Assembly: GCA_002842095.1 (NCBI GenBank)
Contig: PHCB01000008.1
Span: forward strand, 209,231 to 273,230
Length of the DNA stretch: 64,000 nt
Source: a candidate division BRC1 bacterium HGW-BRC1-1
Lineage (GTDB): Bacteria; Sumerlaeota; Sumerlaeia; Sumerlaeales; Sumerlaeaceae
Reading direction: 5' to 3'
Part shown: positions 9,149 through 21,508 of the stretch, piece after piece
How positions within the stretch are numbered: position 1 is the stretch's first letter
Layout: each line of letters starts with the position of its first letter
Position numbers and translations under genes: made by a program
Notes under the pieces: generated by a model
What the model was told of the DNA's origin: nothing
Databases searched by the model: none
What the model saw: only the letters and a program-made list of their open reading frames with translations

Positions 9149-10513
9149 CTAACCGTTCGCTGCGGTGAGTATCCGATATTCTTCGGTAGCGCGCGCCGAT
9201 TTTCTGATGGCTGGCATTCGAGCCCAAAGCCAGATGGATATCATAAGACAAACCACGCTGCAAAAGGTCAGTGCTTGCCGGGGCCCGAATTTCTCAGCCA
9301 AAGCACCCACGAAGAGATTTCCGAATGGCATGAATCCCATGCTTGCCATGGTATAAAGGCCCATCATGCGCCCGCGGTATTCGTCGGGCACCAATAACTG
9401 CAACAGCGACTGAGCACCAATCATGGTGCAGACAATGCATGCACCGGCTCCGACCAGCATGATGCGAGCTGTGGTGAGATTTTGCGACCAGGAAAATCCC
9501 ATCGCAACGATCGAGAACAGCCCCAGCGATATGGCGATGAGCCGCCCCAGCCCACCGATGCGCTTGCGCCGGGCCATGATGATTCCTCCGAGGATCGCTC
9601 CGACGCCGATGCTGGACATGAGCGATGCGTTCACGGAAATGTCACCGTTAAAAACAGACTTGGCAAAAACAGGCATGAGCATCAGGTAGGGCAGGCCAAA
9701 TACGGCAACCATGGCCACAAGGATAAGCATGGCGCTCAGGTGAGGTGACGACCTGGCATATCGAATTGCCTCTCTGAGCTGGCCACGGCGGGAGTTGATG
9801 TTCGGCGCAACCTGAGGGCTGGGCTTTATGCGCCATAGCTGGAAGAGAACCGCCAGATAAGTAAGGGCATTGATGACGAAACAGAGTCCTTCGCCGAACC
9901 CGGGGAATCCGGGGTTCCATCGGGCGAATCCCACCACAAGCATACCCGCAAATGCCGGACCAATAACACGGGCAATATTGAAGCTTAGTGAGTTGAGAGC
10001 GACCGCGTTGCCCAGGTCTGGGCGCGGGACCATCTGCACGAGAAACGCCTGACGGATGGGCATATCGAAGGATTGAACCACACCCATGAAAATCGTCAGG
10101 GAAAGAATGTGCCAATAGGAGATGAGGGGGCCGCCGTCCGGGCCGCGTGCAAGGGTCAGGCCAGCCAGCACGACGGCCTGCACCATGCCCAGCGACTGCG
10201 TGATTTTAATGGCCTTGTGGCGGTCGATATTTTCCGCTAACACCCCGGCCCAGGACGCTATAATCAACATTGGGATTTGTCCTGCAAAGCCAATGACCCC
10301 AAGGAGAAAGGCGCTGTCGGTGAGCGTGTAAACCATCCATTGCAGGACAGTGCTCTGTACCCACATCCCCAGCACCGAAACGATCTGTCCATAGGTGAAC
10401 AGCCGATAATTCTTGTGGCGGAGGGAACGAATGATTTCGGGAAAACGCCGCGTTTTCGGGGGGGGAGCAGTATCTTCGAAGGGCATGATGGGGGTGATTT
10501 CGGTGGGACTCAT
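9149..10513 (-). CDS. MFS transporter
   Basis: About 12 hydrophobic helices; SLRHKNYRLF, DMPIRQAF, NAVALNS..FNIARVIGPA and VPDEYRGR motifs. Start codon uncertain. Confidence 0.88.
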   Translation of the reverse strand: MSPTEITPIMPFEDTAPPPKTRRFPEIIRSLRHKNYRLFTYGQIVSVLGMWVQSTVLQWMVYTLTDSAFLLGVIGFAGQIPMLIIASWAGVLAENIDRHKAIKITQSLGMVQAVVLAGLTLARGPDGGPLISYWHILSLTIFMGVVQSFDMPIRQAFLVQMVPRPDLGNAVALNSLSFNIARVIGPAFAGMLVVGFARWNPGFPGFGEGLCFVINALTYLAVLFQLWRIKPSPQVAPNINSRRGQLREAIRYARSSPHLSAMLILVAMVAVFGLPYLMLMPVFAKSVFNGDISVNASLMSSIGVGAILGGIIMARRKRIGGLGRLIAISLGLFSIVAMGFSWSQNLTTARIMLVGAGACIVCTMIGAQSLLQLLVPDEYRGRMMGLYTMASMGFMPFGNLFVGALAEKFGPRQALTFCSVVCLMISIWLWARMPAIRKSARATEEYRILTAANG

Positions 10514-10612
10514 AAGAGTAGCGGCGTGACTTCCTTGTGATAAAGGAACCAGCTTTGCCACGCTCGAATTCGCTTCCGGGATAACTTCACGTAATCAGTC
10601 GCGCAGACAGCT

Positions 10613-13600
10613 TCACTCCTGAAGTGGAGAGGTGTCCACGAGGAAGACCCGCCCGTCAAACAAAGCCAGGGCGAGTTTTGCGTCATGGGAGCCAAGGCCC
10701 GTGAACAGCATGTGTCCATCACCGGGAGGACGCCACGTACCAATGAAGGAGGTTGAGAGGTCCGCTGAGACGCGATAAAAACGCACGTTACGGATGGAAT
10801 CTGCGACGGCCAGCAAACGTTCGTTCACCCATGTACAGGCCATCGCCTCTATCATATCGTCCTGGATGAAGGCGGTTCTTTCAGTTTCTCCTGCGGTATT
10901 CAATTGTGCCAGGGCAACGCCGCGTTGCAAGCGAGGCAAGGCAAGCACCCGGGATTGGCTGAGTGCGCTGCCCTGGAAAGCAGTGCGAGATATATAAGTC
11001 TTGATCTGAAAAGCATCATCCAGAGCCAGTGGTTTGAGATTGGCTGGCCCGTTGTTGCGGACAACCGCAGTTACGCTGTCTCCGGCAAAGGGACCGTAAA
11101 GATCGCCGTAAACATCCGTTTCGGACAAGCCGACCTGGACAGTGGCCCAACCCGATGCAGTATCAACCAATTGGCGAACACCGTAACCAAGCATGGTCAG
11201 CCAGGCCTCACCGTCACCTCGGACGAGATCAAAAGCCCCTCCGCTGTGACCGGTGAAATTCCAGTCAGAAACCGCAGGATTGGAAAGTGGAAACAGGCGG
11301 GAGCCCAGAAAGCGGGAGTTCGAAAAGAAGTGATCGCCGGAAAAACCATTTAGTGTGGGTGCCCAAATTGGTGGAAGGTCCAAAGCTTCAACATCGGAAC
11401 CGATCAGGCGATAAATGGGAGGCGGTATATTACCTGTATCTTCGCGAAATGCTGAAAGAGCGAGGAACTGGCCTGTGGGATCAAACTCGACTCCACGCAA
11501 ATTGAGGGGGCGGCTGTCGGGTCGAAGGGCGGTAAACTGCGATAGCAGTGGCAATGATAAAGTGGTGAGGGTGGGCGGAGCTACCGGGGCAACATCGTAG
11601 GATTCTACCAGGCTTTTTCCAAGAGGAGTCATGGTCCACTGACCGGGCTCCAATTTTACGGAAAGATGAATGCGCTGCGATGTGGGAAGCGGTTTCCGCG
11701 AGACAAGATCGATGGCACTGCGTAAGCGCAGGGGCGCGCTGAGCTGTACGGAAACGGTTCGTGGCGAGAATTCGTCGGTGTTCAAAAGAAACAGGACATT
11801 CCCATAACGAGGATGCTCAGCGATACTGGCAGCAAGGGGAGCGGGAATCCGCTCATCAAGAATCGGGGTAGTGAGGTCCTTCAGATAAGGAGCAGTTCGA
11901 GATAACTGGCGGGCAAAATTTCGATAGGCGTCAAGCTTTGGTGTCGGCTCGAGTTCAGGCCCCCGGATACCTTCTGCATAACTTATGGACGTGTAGATAA
12001 AAGGAACAACACCACGCGCACCGGTAAGAACGGCTGCCCCCAATTGAGCACTGTGAATGGCCGGAGGCACCGAACGGAAAAAATCGAATTCGTCTGATTC
12101 AAAGGCTTGTAACGTCCACCAGAAGGGACGCGATTGGGCATCGGCAGCGCGGGCGAGTTCGTTAAGGCGCGGTAGTTCGGCAAGCAGCGCCTCGGAATTG
12201 TCGCGAGGATTTCTGGAGGCGTAGGGGTAGATGTCCACCATCCAAATTGGCGTGCCTGATTGTGTGAGGTTATCGGTGGTGGCTTGATCAGTCAGCACCG
12301 AGAAGGCCGGACCCGGAGCGTCTTTTCGCGCGAGGGATTTGCTGATCCGCCCCAGTATATCGAATGCCTCGGGCGTTGTTGGTTCATCCACGATGTAAAC
12401 GCCGCGATATAATCTCGAACTGGCAACCGGTTGAAGAAGTTCATCCAGTCTTTCCCGGTAGGCTGTTTCGTGCCATTCGTTCTGAGACAGGGCAGTGGCG
12501 AAGAGAGAACGAACCTCATCCAACTGAACGATAAACGGTAAGCGTAGCTTTTCACAGGCGCGCCGAATTGCAAGTAACTGGTCGCGGCGGCAATGAACCA
12601 TTGCGATGTTGAAACCATCGCGTTTGGCAGAGGCGAGGGTTTGCACGGTGCGGTTATCGTCTTGGTCATAGCGCAGGTAGAGCCAGGCCATGTTGGTAAA
12701 CTGCGCGGTGTCCCGGGATTTGGGTTCAGATAAGGATTCCGCACGATTGACCGTGAACGAATGCGTGGTTTCCACGGTGGCACCAGTGGTTGAAATCAGC
12801 TTGAAGCGTGCTGTGTAGTCACCGCCCGGAGCATCATTGTCCAGCCAGCTTGATCGGAAGGTTGTCCCCAGTGGTGTAATGGCTGGAGAATTAAAATAAT
12901 CGTCAGGCCCTTCGATCTCTATAGTGCCTTGGAGGAGACGCCCGGGCCATGCACCGGTAAGCGTCAGGCTGGTGTCCAGACTGCCGGGGCCTACCGTTAT
13001 TGTGCCGGCAGAAAGGGATGTGAATCCCCGGGAAACGTCATTTAATCGGATGCTGTCTCCGGAACTATTTTCGATCTCCACTTTCGCTTTGGGAGAAAGA
13101 TCAGGCGTCCATCCCGGGAACTGGGCGAACCATGTTCCCTCCAGATCGTTTAGATCCACACGCAGGGAGCGTGTTACGGTGGTCGCGTTTTCATTTCGGG
13201 GGATGGAACTTTCTCTGATAACCAGAGAGGCTGGTCCGGTGGCAGAGAACCCTCCCGTAACAAAGTATCTTCTGCCGTCCGGCACAGCCACGACCTGCTG
13301 ACTTACCGCGGCGTCCTGCTCGGGCAGTAGCAATTGCAAATCGTCGGTTACGAGGGCACCGCCCTGCTCCTGCCAGGGTTCTCCGTAATCCTTGTTCGCC
13401 GACGAAAACGATTCGAGGAAAAGAATCAGGTCATCGTATCGGACCCATTCCTCGTTTCTTCGGCTGGCCAGGAAGATGTCTGCACGTTGACTTGCTCCCT
13501 CCGCCATCTCGACGTGAGACCAAAAATCGCCGTAAAGAGAACCCGTGGTAACAGGGGAGTCGCCGACTCCGTCGACCAGAAAGTCGCCATTGGGTATAAA

Positions 13601-13936
13601 AAACGGGACGCGTATCCGTGTGCGTTGGAAATCGAATTCAACGGACGCCTTTCCCGATACGGCAAATGCCTGATGCGCATCGAGAGGAAGTGTTACGGAC
13701 TGGGCCCAACCATAGAGAAAGGATGCACGAAGGCTTCGGTTTCCGCTGTGGGCTAACGCTGGATCGTTGTCGGCAAATGCCTCGCGGAAGACATACCAGT
13801 CCTGAGGGTTTCCGTCACCATCCAGAAGTTCAAAACCGGGATTGCGCAATATGGTCTGCTGACCAAAGGCAGGCATCGCGGCGACAAGAACGCAAAGGCA
13901 TCCGGTCGTCGCCGCGATGCGAGTTAACCAACTCAT
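10613..13936 (-). CDS. Large secreted multidomain protein: CBM-like N-terminus, glycoside-hydrolase-like barrel, C-terminal beta-propeller-like region
   Basis: Signal peptide; LRNPGFE and AHSGNRSL (CBM4/9-like); GVYIVDEP and VDIYPY...WWTLQAF (GH-A-clan-like); beta-rich repeats at the C-terminus. Confidence 0.6.
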   Translation of the reverse strand: MSWLTRIAATTGCLCVLVAAMPAFGQQTILRNPGFELLDGDGNPQDWYVFREAFADNDPALAHSGNRSLRASFLYGWAQSVTLPLDAHQAFAVSGKASVEFDFQRTRIRVPFFIPNGDFLVDGVGDSPVTTGSLYGDFWSHVEMAEGASQRADIFLASRRNEEWVRYDDLILFLESFSSANKDYGEPWQEQGGALVTDDLQLLLPEQDAAVSQQVVAVPDGRRYFVTGGFSATGPASLVIRESSIPRNENATTVTRSLRVDLNDLEGTWFAQFPGWTPDLSPKAKVEIENSSGDSIRLNDVSRGFTSLSAGTITVGPGSLDTSLTLTGAWPGRLLQGTIEIEGPDDYFNSPAITPLGTTFRSSWLDNDAPGGDYTARFKLISTTGATVETTHSFTVNRAESLSEPKSRDTAQFTNMAWLYLRYDQDDNRTVQTLASAKRDGFNIAMVHCRRDQLLAIRRACEKLRLPFIVQLDEVRSLFATALSQNEWHETAYRERLDELLQPVASSRLYRGVYIVDEPTTPEAFDILGRISKSLARKDAPGPAFSVLTDQATTDNLTQSGTPIWMVDIYPYASRNPRDNSEALLAELPRLNELARAADAQSRPFWWTLQAFESDEFDFFRSVPPAIHSAQLGAAVLTGARGVVPFIYTSISYAEGIRGPELEPTPKLDAYRNFARQLSRTAPYLKDLTTPILDERIPAPLAASIAEHPRYGNVLFLLNTDEFSPRTVSVQLSAPLRLRSAIDLVSRKPLPTSQRIHLSVKLEPGQWTMTPLGKSLVESYDVAPVAPPTLTTLSLPLLSQFTALRPDSRPLNLRGVEFDPTGQFLALSAFREDTGNIPPPIYRLIGSDVEALDLPPIWAPTLNGFSGDHFFSNSRFLGSRLFPLSNPAVSDWNFTGHSGGAFDLVRGDGEAWLTMLGYGVRQLVDTASGWATVQVGLSETDVYGDLYGPFAGDSVTAVVRNNGPANLKPLALDDAFQIKTYISRTAFQGSALSQSRVLALPRLQRGVALAQLNTAGETERTAFIQDDMIEAMACTWVNERLLAVADSIRNVRFYRVSADLSTSFIGTWRPPGDGHMLFTGLGSHDAKLALALFDGRVFLVDTSPLQE

Positions 13937-14928
13937 GCTTTACCCGTGACGATTTTCATTATCTTGCCGAGGTCCAGAGAAGCCATGTTTTCGGCAATGA
14001 TGGGTTTGTATTCTTCATACATTCCCTTGGCTGCATTGGCTGATTCACCAAACTTAAACTTCAAGGTATCCGTGGTCATGGTGCGACCCGACGAGTAATA
14101 TTGTTGGGCCACTTTGCCGATGGCGTAGGTTGACACAAAGGCGGTGGCTGACCCTGTTGCCATCTGGGCAATAGTGCCAGCAGCGCGTCCCTTGGTTTTC
14201 TTGATCAGGACTCCCACGATCTTGCGCAGAAAATCTTCCACCACCTGGGAGGTTACGCCCACACCCAGTACGGCGAGGAACTCTTTGGCGTGCCCAAAAT
14301 CTAGCTCATGACCATTGGCCTTGCTGATCCTATACACGAGTCGGGTTTGGAGCGGCAGGATGGCCATTGTGGCCAGCGTCTGGGGTAGAAGTTCCAGGGC
14401 TGCGTTGAGAATTGATGCGTTAAGGATCAGTTTTTCGATAGCAACCACACCAGGATCCTTGCCTTCAGCCTCAATATTCACGGGGATGGGAAGGAGATCT
14501 TCCACCTCCTCCTCGGTGGCCGGGGTTTCTTCGTCTGCTTTGGTTTCAGTTTCTTTGGTCGATTGTGCATCGTCGGGGTTCATGGGTTTCCCATCGCTAT
14601 TTAGTTCCAGGGCATTGCGAAGCTGAAAGAGGAACTCACGTTCTTCATCCGATTGATCTCCATCCGCCTCACACACGCGAATGGCCATTCTGTAGGTGTA
14701 TTCCCTGTTTTCCGCGCCTTGGATTAAGGCCGCTTCATTTTCAAGAGACGTCTGGTTCAGCAGCACGCGGTGTTGGATACTGGATTCCCCGACCCCACCC
14801 AGTTCGTCAAAAATATCGTTAAGTTTCTCTGTTTCGGGATCGTCTTTAGTTCCATCGGCGAGAGCGGCCATATAGCAGATTGTGGCAATAGCCCGAGTCT
14901 CCGTTGCGTCGATCATGATGTTTGTCAT
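13933..14928 (-). CDS. TerB-like domain fused to DUF697-like domain
   Basis: AALADG and VCEADG..SDEEREFL (TerB), an acidic linker, then LELLPQTLATMAILPLQTRLVYRI helical domain; ATGA overlap with the downstream gene. Confidence 0.7.
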   Translation of the reverse strand: MTNIMIDATETRAIATICYMAALADGTKDDPETEKLNDIFDELGGVGESSIQHRVLLNQTSLENEAALIQGAENREYTYRMAIRVCEADGDQSDEEREFLFQLRNALELNSDGKPMNPDDAQSTKETETKADEETPATEEEVEDLLPIPVNIEAEGKDPGVVAIEKLILNASILNAALELLPQTLATMAILPLQTRLVYRISKANGHELDFGHAKEFLAVLGVGVTSQVVEDFLRKIVGVLIKKTKGRAAGTIAQMATGSATAFVSTYAIGKVAQQYYSSGRTMTTDTLKFKFGESANAAKGMYEEYKPIIAENMASLDLGKIMKIVTGKA

Positions 14929-14967
14929 TCCTCCGGTGTTTGCTGATGCACCTTTTGGACAACAACA

Positions 14968-15789
14968 TCAGCGGTCCGGTTGCGTCATCTGTGGTGGAGG
15001 TTGAAAATGATGCAATGTCTTGCGCAGCGTGGTGCCGAGATAGCCATTAAGTGCCTGCTCGATAGTCTCAGAATTCAACGCTGCGTTTGAGAAGACCCCG
15101 GTCACATCAACGTTGGAGGTAATGGCGCCATCCTGGCTGGATCTTTTCAGAATAGCAGGAACGATTTTATCCGCAGCCACCACCCACACGTCTCGTTCTT
15201 TTTCAACTTTATTGGTCAGGTTTCCACTCACGCATAGCACCGCTTCAATTTGGGGCTCGGTCGTCGGGGCGAGCTGAAGCAAAAGACGGTAGAGTTCCGA
15301 CGCCGAATCGCGAGCCTTGTCCAATTCGATGGAATCCGGCGAGACCGAGTTCCCCTTCAGTTCTGCGTTGTGCAGAGCGAAAATGCCGCTTGGGCCAATG
15401 ATCACATGATCCAGCCAGCCATCTCCGGCCTGGATTCGGGTGAAAACCGCAAAGCGATCATCAAGCTGGCTGAGATATTGTTCCACCACCCGGTCTGCTT
15501 GCACTGCCGAAGCGGTGTCGACGTGGATGGTCAGGTAAGCCCTGCGCAATTGGAACAGCACGAGAATCGTGATGACGGCGATGATGTAAACTATCGCCAC
15601 TGTGAGGCCCGGGACCATCGTTGTAGTGCGGGAGTAGATATGAAATGCCACTGCAGCCGCAGCCAAGGCAGCAATTGAGAGCCAGAATTTTCTGACAGCC
15701 CGCTGCGACACGGGCATCTCTCTTAATGCCGCCGGAATGGGAATGGCCCCGGTGGGCATGCGATCCACAATTTCGTAAATTCGTGCCAA
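14968..15789 (-). CDS. Membrane-anchored NERD-like domain protein
   Basis: Two TM helices followed by LDHVIIGPSGIFAL, a NERD signature. Confidence 0.65.
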   Translation of the reverse strand: MARIYEIVDRMPTGAIPIPAALREMPVSQRAVRKFWLSIAALAAAAVAFHIYSRTTTMVPGLTVAIVYIIAVITILVLFQLRRAYLTIHVDTASAVQADRVVEQYLSQLDDRFAVFTRIQAGDGWLDHVIIGPSGIFALHNAELKGNSVSPDSIELDKARDSASELYRLLLQLAPTTEPQIEAVLCVSGNLTNKVEKERDVWVVAADKIVPAILKRSSQDGAITSNVDVTGVFSNAALNSETIEQALNGYLGTTLRKTLHHFQPPPQMTQPDR

Positions 15790-15876
15790 GGCGAGACCTT
15801 TCCGTCCTTCGATTAATGAAAGCTTATCCGGGCGTTCCAGACTGCCTGATTTGTTGAGCTAACATTAACGAGAAAC

Positions 15877-16742
15877 TCAGCGATTGTTCTGCGGAAGCGC
15901 TTTCGCCAGCATTTCATCCACGCGGACAAATTGGTAACCGCGCGTCCGCAATTCGTCGATCATGGCTCCCATGTGCTTAAACAGGTGGTCTTTGGTGCGG
16001 GCGGGGCCTGCTCCAATATGAATGAGCATCATGAACCCGTTGAGCCCCGCAGGGTCCTTGGCTTCTTTCTCCATCACACCTTTCACCATATCCTCGCTGG
16101 AGATATATTTCGGGTGGGTGTCCTCCATATAGTCGGCGTTGGTGCGGGTGCCGGGTGAGAAATTAAAGAGAACCATCCCGCGCGCGGCAGTCCAGTCGCT
16201 TATCTCCTGCGTGTAATGCTCGTAAGGAGGAATGAAGAAAGGTGCCTTCGCCGGATCGACCCCGAAATTCTCGAGGATTTTCATGTTCGAGTCGAGGTCC
16301 TTGTCAAAATCCTCGCGCGAGATGAGTAATTTCGGAGGGCTGTCCCACGACGCATAGAGAGGATGAGCGTCGCTGTGGGGACCGAGGTAATGGCCCTCGT
16401 CGCGCACACGCTCGATGATGCGTTTGAACTCGGGCTTGCGAAAGAAATCCCCGGTGAAAAAGAAAGACCCCTTGATGCCGCGCTCTTTCAGCGCATCAAG
16501 GATGATGTCACCTCCCTCGGCGAAGGAGCCGCCCGTGAATATCAGGGCCATTTCTTTGCGGTCCAGGCGGCCGCGGATAATTCCACCACGGTCATAGGTG
16601 AAGGTCGTGTGCGTATCAGCGGTTGTAGTCATTGTGGTGTGTGAATTCCCTTCCTTGATTGCAGGCGCTGCCCATGCCGTCTGCCCTGCGGTATTTGCCA
16701 GCAGGATGATGGCGGTCGCCAAAATTGATAGATTCATGACTG

Positions 16743-16746
<4 letters not shown>
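15877..16746 (-). CDS. Secreted polysaccharide deacetylase (CE4/NodB-like)
   Basis: Signal peptide; SFFFTG, YLGPHSDAH, FIPPYE, MLIHIG, GYQFVRVDEML. Start placed at the ATGA overlap with the upstream gene. Confidence 0.8.
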
Positions 16747-19248
<2,502 letters not shown>

Positions 19249-19264
19249 TCGAAACCGCACATCT

Positions 19265-19963
19265 GTGCGAACGTTTCATGGAGCGGCGTGGGCCTTTGCG
19301 GCCTGCGCCGCTTTTCTTTCATGTTCAGTCATTGCAAGCGCCGCTCCGGAGGTCGCTCCGACTACTCCCAGGAATGCGAAAGCAAAGAATAACGCCGCAG
19401 TAACAAAGCACTCGGGGGGAGCGGATGCAAAGACCACGGTTGGCGTTACGATAAGCTACGCCTTGGGTACTGCCGGAAGCTGGTTTGAAGTCGCCAATGG
19501 AAGAATTTCACTCCGTGAACCCAAAACCGGTGAGACCAATCATCTGATTATCACAGTCAAGGATGCGCAGGATGGGCGCGACATTCCGGACTGTCAGATC
19601 ACCGCGTACGCCGAGGCAGGTGATGCGTCGGACAAGGGCACAACGGTCTCGCTGATTCCTGCCTGGGGGGAAACGTCGCTTCAATATATCGCGAATCTTT
19701 CCATGTCGACCGAGACAACGTCCGCGGTTTACCTGCGCGTAAACGTCGCCCCTCCCGGCCTCGCCCGACGCACCCTTTCCAACAAGAGCTTGTTTAAAGA
19801 GACGATTGCTGTTGAGTGGACAGATGCTAAAATATCGAAAGACCTCACCACCACGGCCCCGGCAAGTTCCGAGGTTATCCAGACGAAGGGTTCTGTTTTG
19901 ACCGGCCGTCATCAACCCGTTTCACCCACCCCTTACCCGGGTCAAAAGCAGGATTCTCAGTAA
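19265..19963 (+). CDS. Secreted hypothetical protein
   Basis: In-frame GTG at 19265, signal peptide ending IASA, beta-rich domain; start uncertain. Confidence 0.55.
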   Translation: MRTFHGAAWAFAACAAFLSCSVIASAAPEVAPTTPRNAKAKNNAAVTKHSGGADAKTTVGVTISYALGTAGSWFEVANGRISLREPKTGETNHLIITVKDAQDGRDIPDCQITAYAEAGDASDKGTTVSLIPAWGETSLQYIANLSMSTETTSAVYLRVNVAPPGLARRTLSNKSLFKETIAVEWTDAKISKDLTTTAPASSEVIQTKGSVLTGRHQPVSPTPYPGQKQDSQ

Positions 19964-20130
19964 GCCAATAGCTCGATTCCTGCGCACGACAAGCACCCCG
20001 AATGAGGAGCAGGACCCTCGAGGTGAAAGGTTTTACACTATCCTTCCGTGTTTCAGGGCTAAAGCCAAATAAACCCATTTGGATGGGGTATGATTTTCTG
20101 CCCGCCCAAGCGGGCTGTTCACCTCTTTGT

Positions 20131-20217
20131 GCCGGGGTGGCGGAACTGGCAGACGCACCAGCTTGAGGGGCTGGCGGGGGCAACCTCGTCGGGGTTCAAA
20201 TCCCCGTCCCGGCACCA
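20131..20217 (+). tRNA. tRNA-Leu(GAG)
   Basis: GCCGGGG acceptor, D-arm, CCAGC-TTGAGGG-GCTGG anticodon arm, long variable arm, GGTTCAAATCC T-loop, encoded CCA. Confidence 0.96.
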
Positions 20218-20399
20218 TTTCTTTCCATCCAATATGTGCTTATTTTGCATTCTCACCCCCTGATAATGTTTATTTTACAGACCTGTTGACAGGTTGTGAA
20301 AACTGTGGTGGGATCATCACGATGGTTGTATGCTTGTCCTGTTGAGCATGTCTTGAAATCATGACATTATTTACAATTGTACGATGGGTGGAAAATCCG

Positions 20400-20852
20400 A
20401 TGACCGAACCTCGCAGAGCCAGTCGCGCAGACCGACGAAAAAGTCCCGATGTATTAACACCGGAAGAAGATCGTCGAACAAACCCCTCACTGGAAGTTCG
20501 GATTCATCCTGAAGTGCGCGATGAAGAGGTGCAGTTGGTGGTCTGTGACCCAATCACTGCCGACAATTGTTTCCATGCTAAAAAAACAATGATGGCCCTC
20601 GTCGCCCGTCATCCCGGCCCCGTGGTTGTGATTGATCTGGCGAAGAGTAGCTACATCGACACCACGGCCCTGGCGATTCTTTTCGATGTGAAAAAACAAA
20701 TCACTCAGCAGGGTCGAAGCTTTTTCCTGCAAGATCCATCCCGGTCTGTGCTTCGGATGATGAACCTAACGCGGATGAATCGCTTTTTCTCGATACGGTT
20801 CACCGCCAATGACGAATCTGGCATTATCCGAACGACGGAACCGGAGGCCTGA
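20400..20852 (+). CDS. STAS-domain anti-sigma-factor antagonist
   Basis: VVIDLAKSSYIDTTALAIL..., PSRSVLRMMNLTRMNRFF. Confidence 0.8.
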   Translation: MTEPRRASRADRRKSPDVLTPEEDRRTNPSLEVRIHPEVRDEEVQLVVCDPITADNCFHAKKTMMALVARHPGPVVVIDLAKSSYIDTTALAILFDVKKQITQQGRSFFLQDPSRSVLRMMNLTRMNRFFSIRFTANDESGIIRTTEPEA

Positions 20853-20854
20853 GA

Positions 20855-21508
20855 TTGCAGGAATCGGATGCGACTTCAGACCCAAATGATCGCGAGGCTG
20901 ATTCACTCCGTATTTTTATAGCAGTGCAATTTCCCCCGCAAATTATGGCCGGGGTTACCAATGTTCAGGAACGATTGCAAAAGGGCTGCCGTTTCGTGGG
21001 CGCCAACCCTTCCTGGGTTCCGACGGATACTTTTCATCAGACTCTCGTTTTTCTTGGAGAACAGAGCCGAGACTGCCTGGACGATGTTTCGTTGGCTATG
21101 CAACGGGCAGTGGATAGGGTCAGCATCGGGCCCATAAGGTTGGCCGTTACCGGGGTTGAGTTTTTCCCATCCGCCCGCGATCCGCGAACCGTGGCCATGG
21201 CGTTGAAGGGGGAGGTTGGAAAACTCTCACAGTTGCAGTCGGCCTTGCGTGAAGAATTGCGACTTGCGGGCTTTCACATCGAAAGCCGCCCTTTTCTACC
21301 CCACGTTACGCTTGCGCGTATCAAGTCGCCAAAAGGCTTCTCGGGCTTGAAAGGCATTGTGGATGGTCATCGTTCGGTGTCGGCGGGTAAATTCGAGGTG
21401 GATCGGATTGAACTACTCGAAAGTGTTCCCAGCGGAAGCAGGCGCACGTACAGAACGTTGAACGCCGTGATGCTTCCCTCCACCCCTCCACAGGCAGAAG
21501 ATCAGTAA
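20855..21508 (+). CDS. thpR: RNA 2',3'-cyclic phosphodiesterase (2H family)
   Basis: RIFIAV, two HxT motifs (FHQTLVFLG and PHVTLAR). Confidence 0.88.
   Translation: MQESDATSDPNDREADSLRIFIAVQFPPQIMAGVTNVQERLQKGCRFVGANPSWVPTDTFHQTLVFLGEQSRDCLDDVSLAMQRAVDRVSIGPIRLAVTGVEFFPSARDPRTVAMALKGEVGKLSQLQSALREELRLAGFHIESRPFLPHVTLARIKSPKGFSGLKGIVDGHRSVSAGKFEVDRIELLESVPSGSRRTYRTLNAVMLPSTPPQAEDQ

Noticed and set aside
20131-20400. Island at tRNA-Leu
   Set aside because: Followed by ordinary housekeeping genes; no att repeat or mobility gene seen
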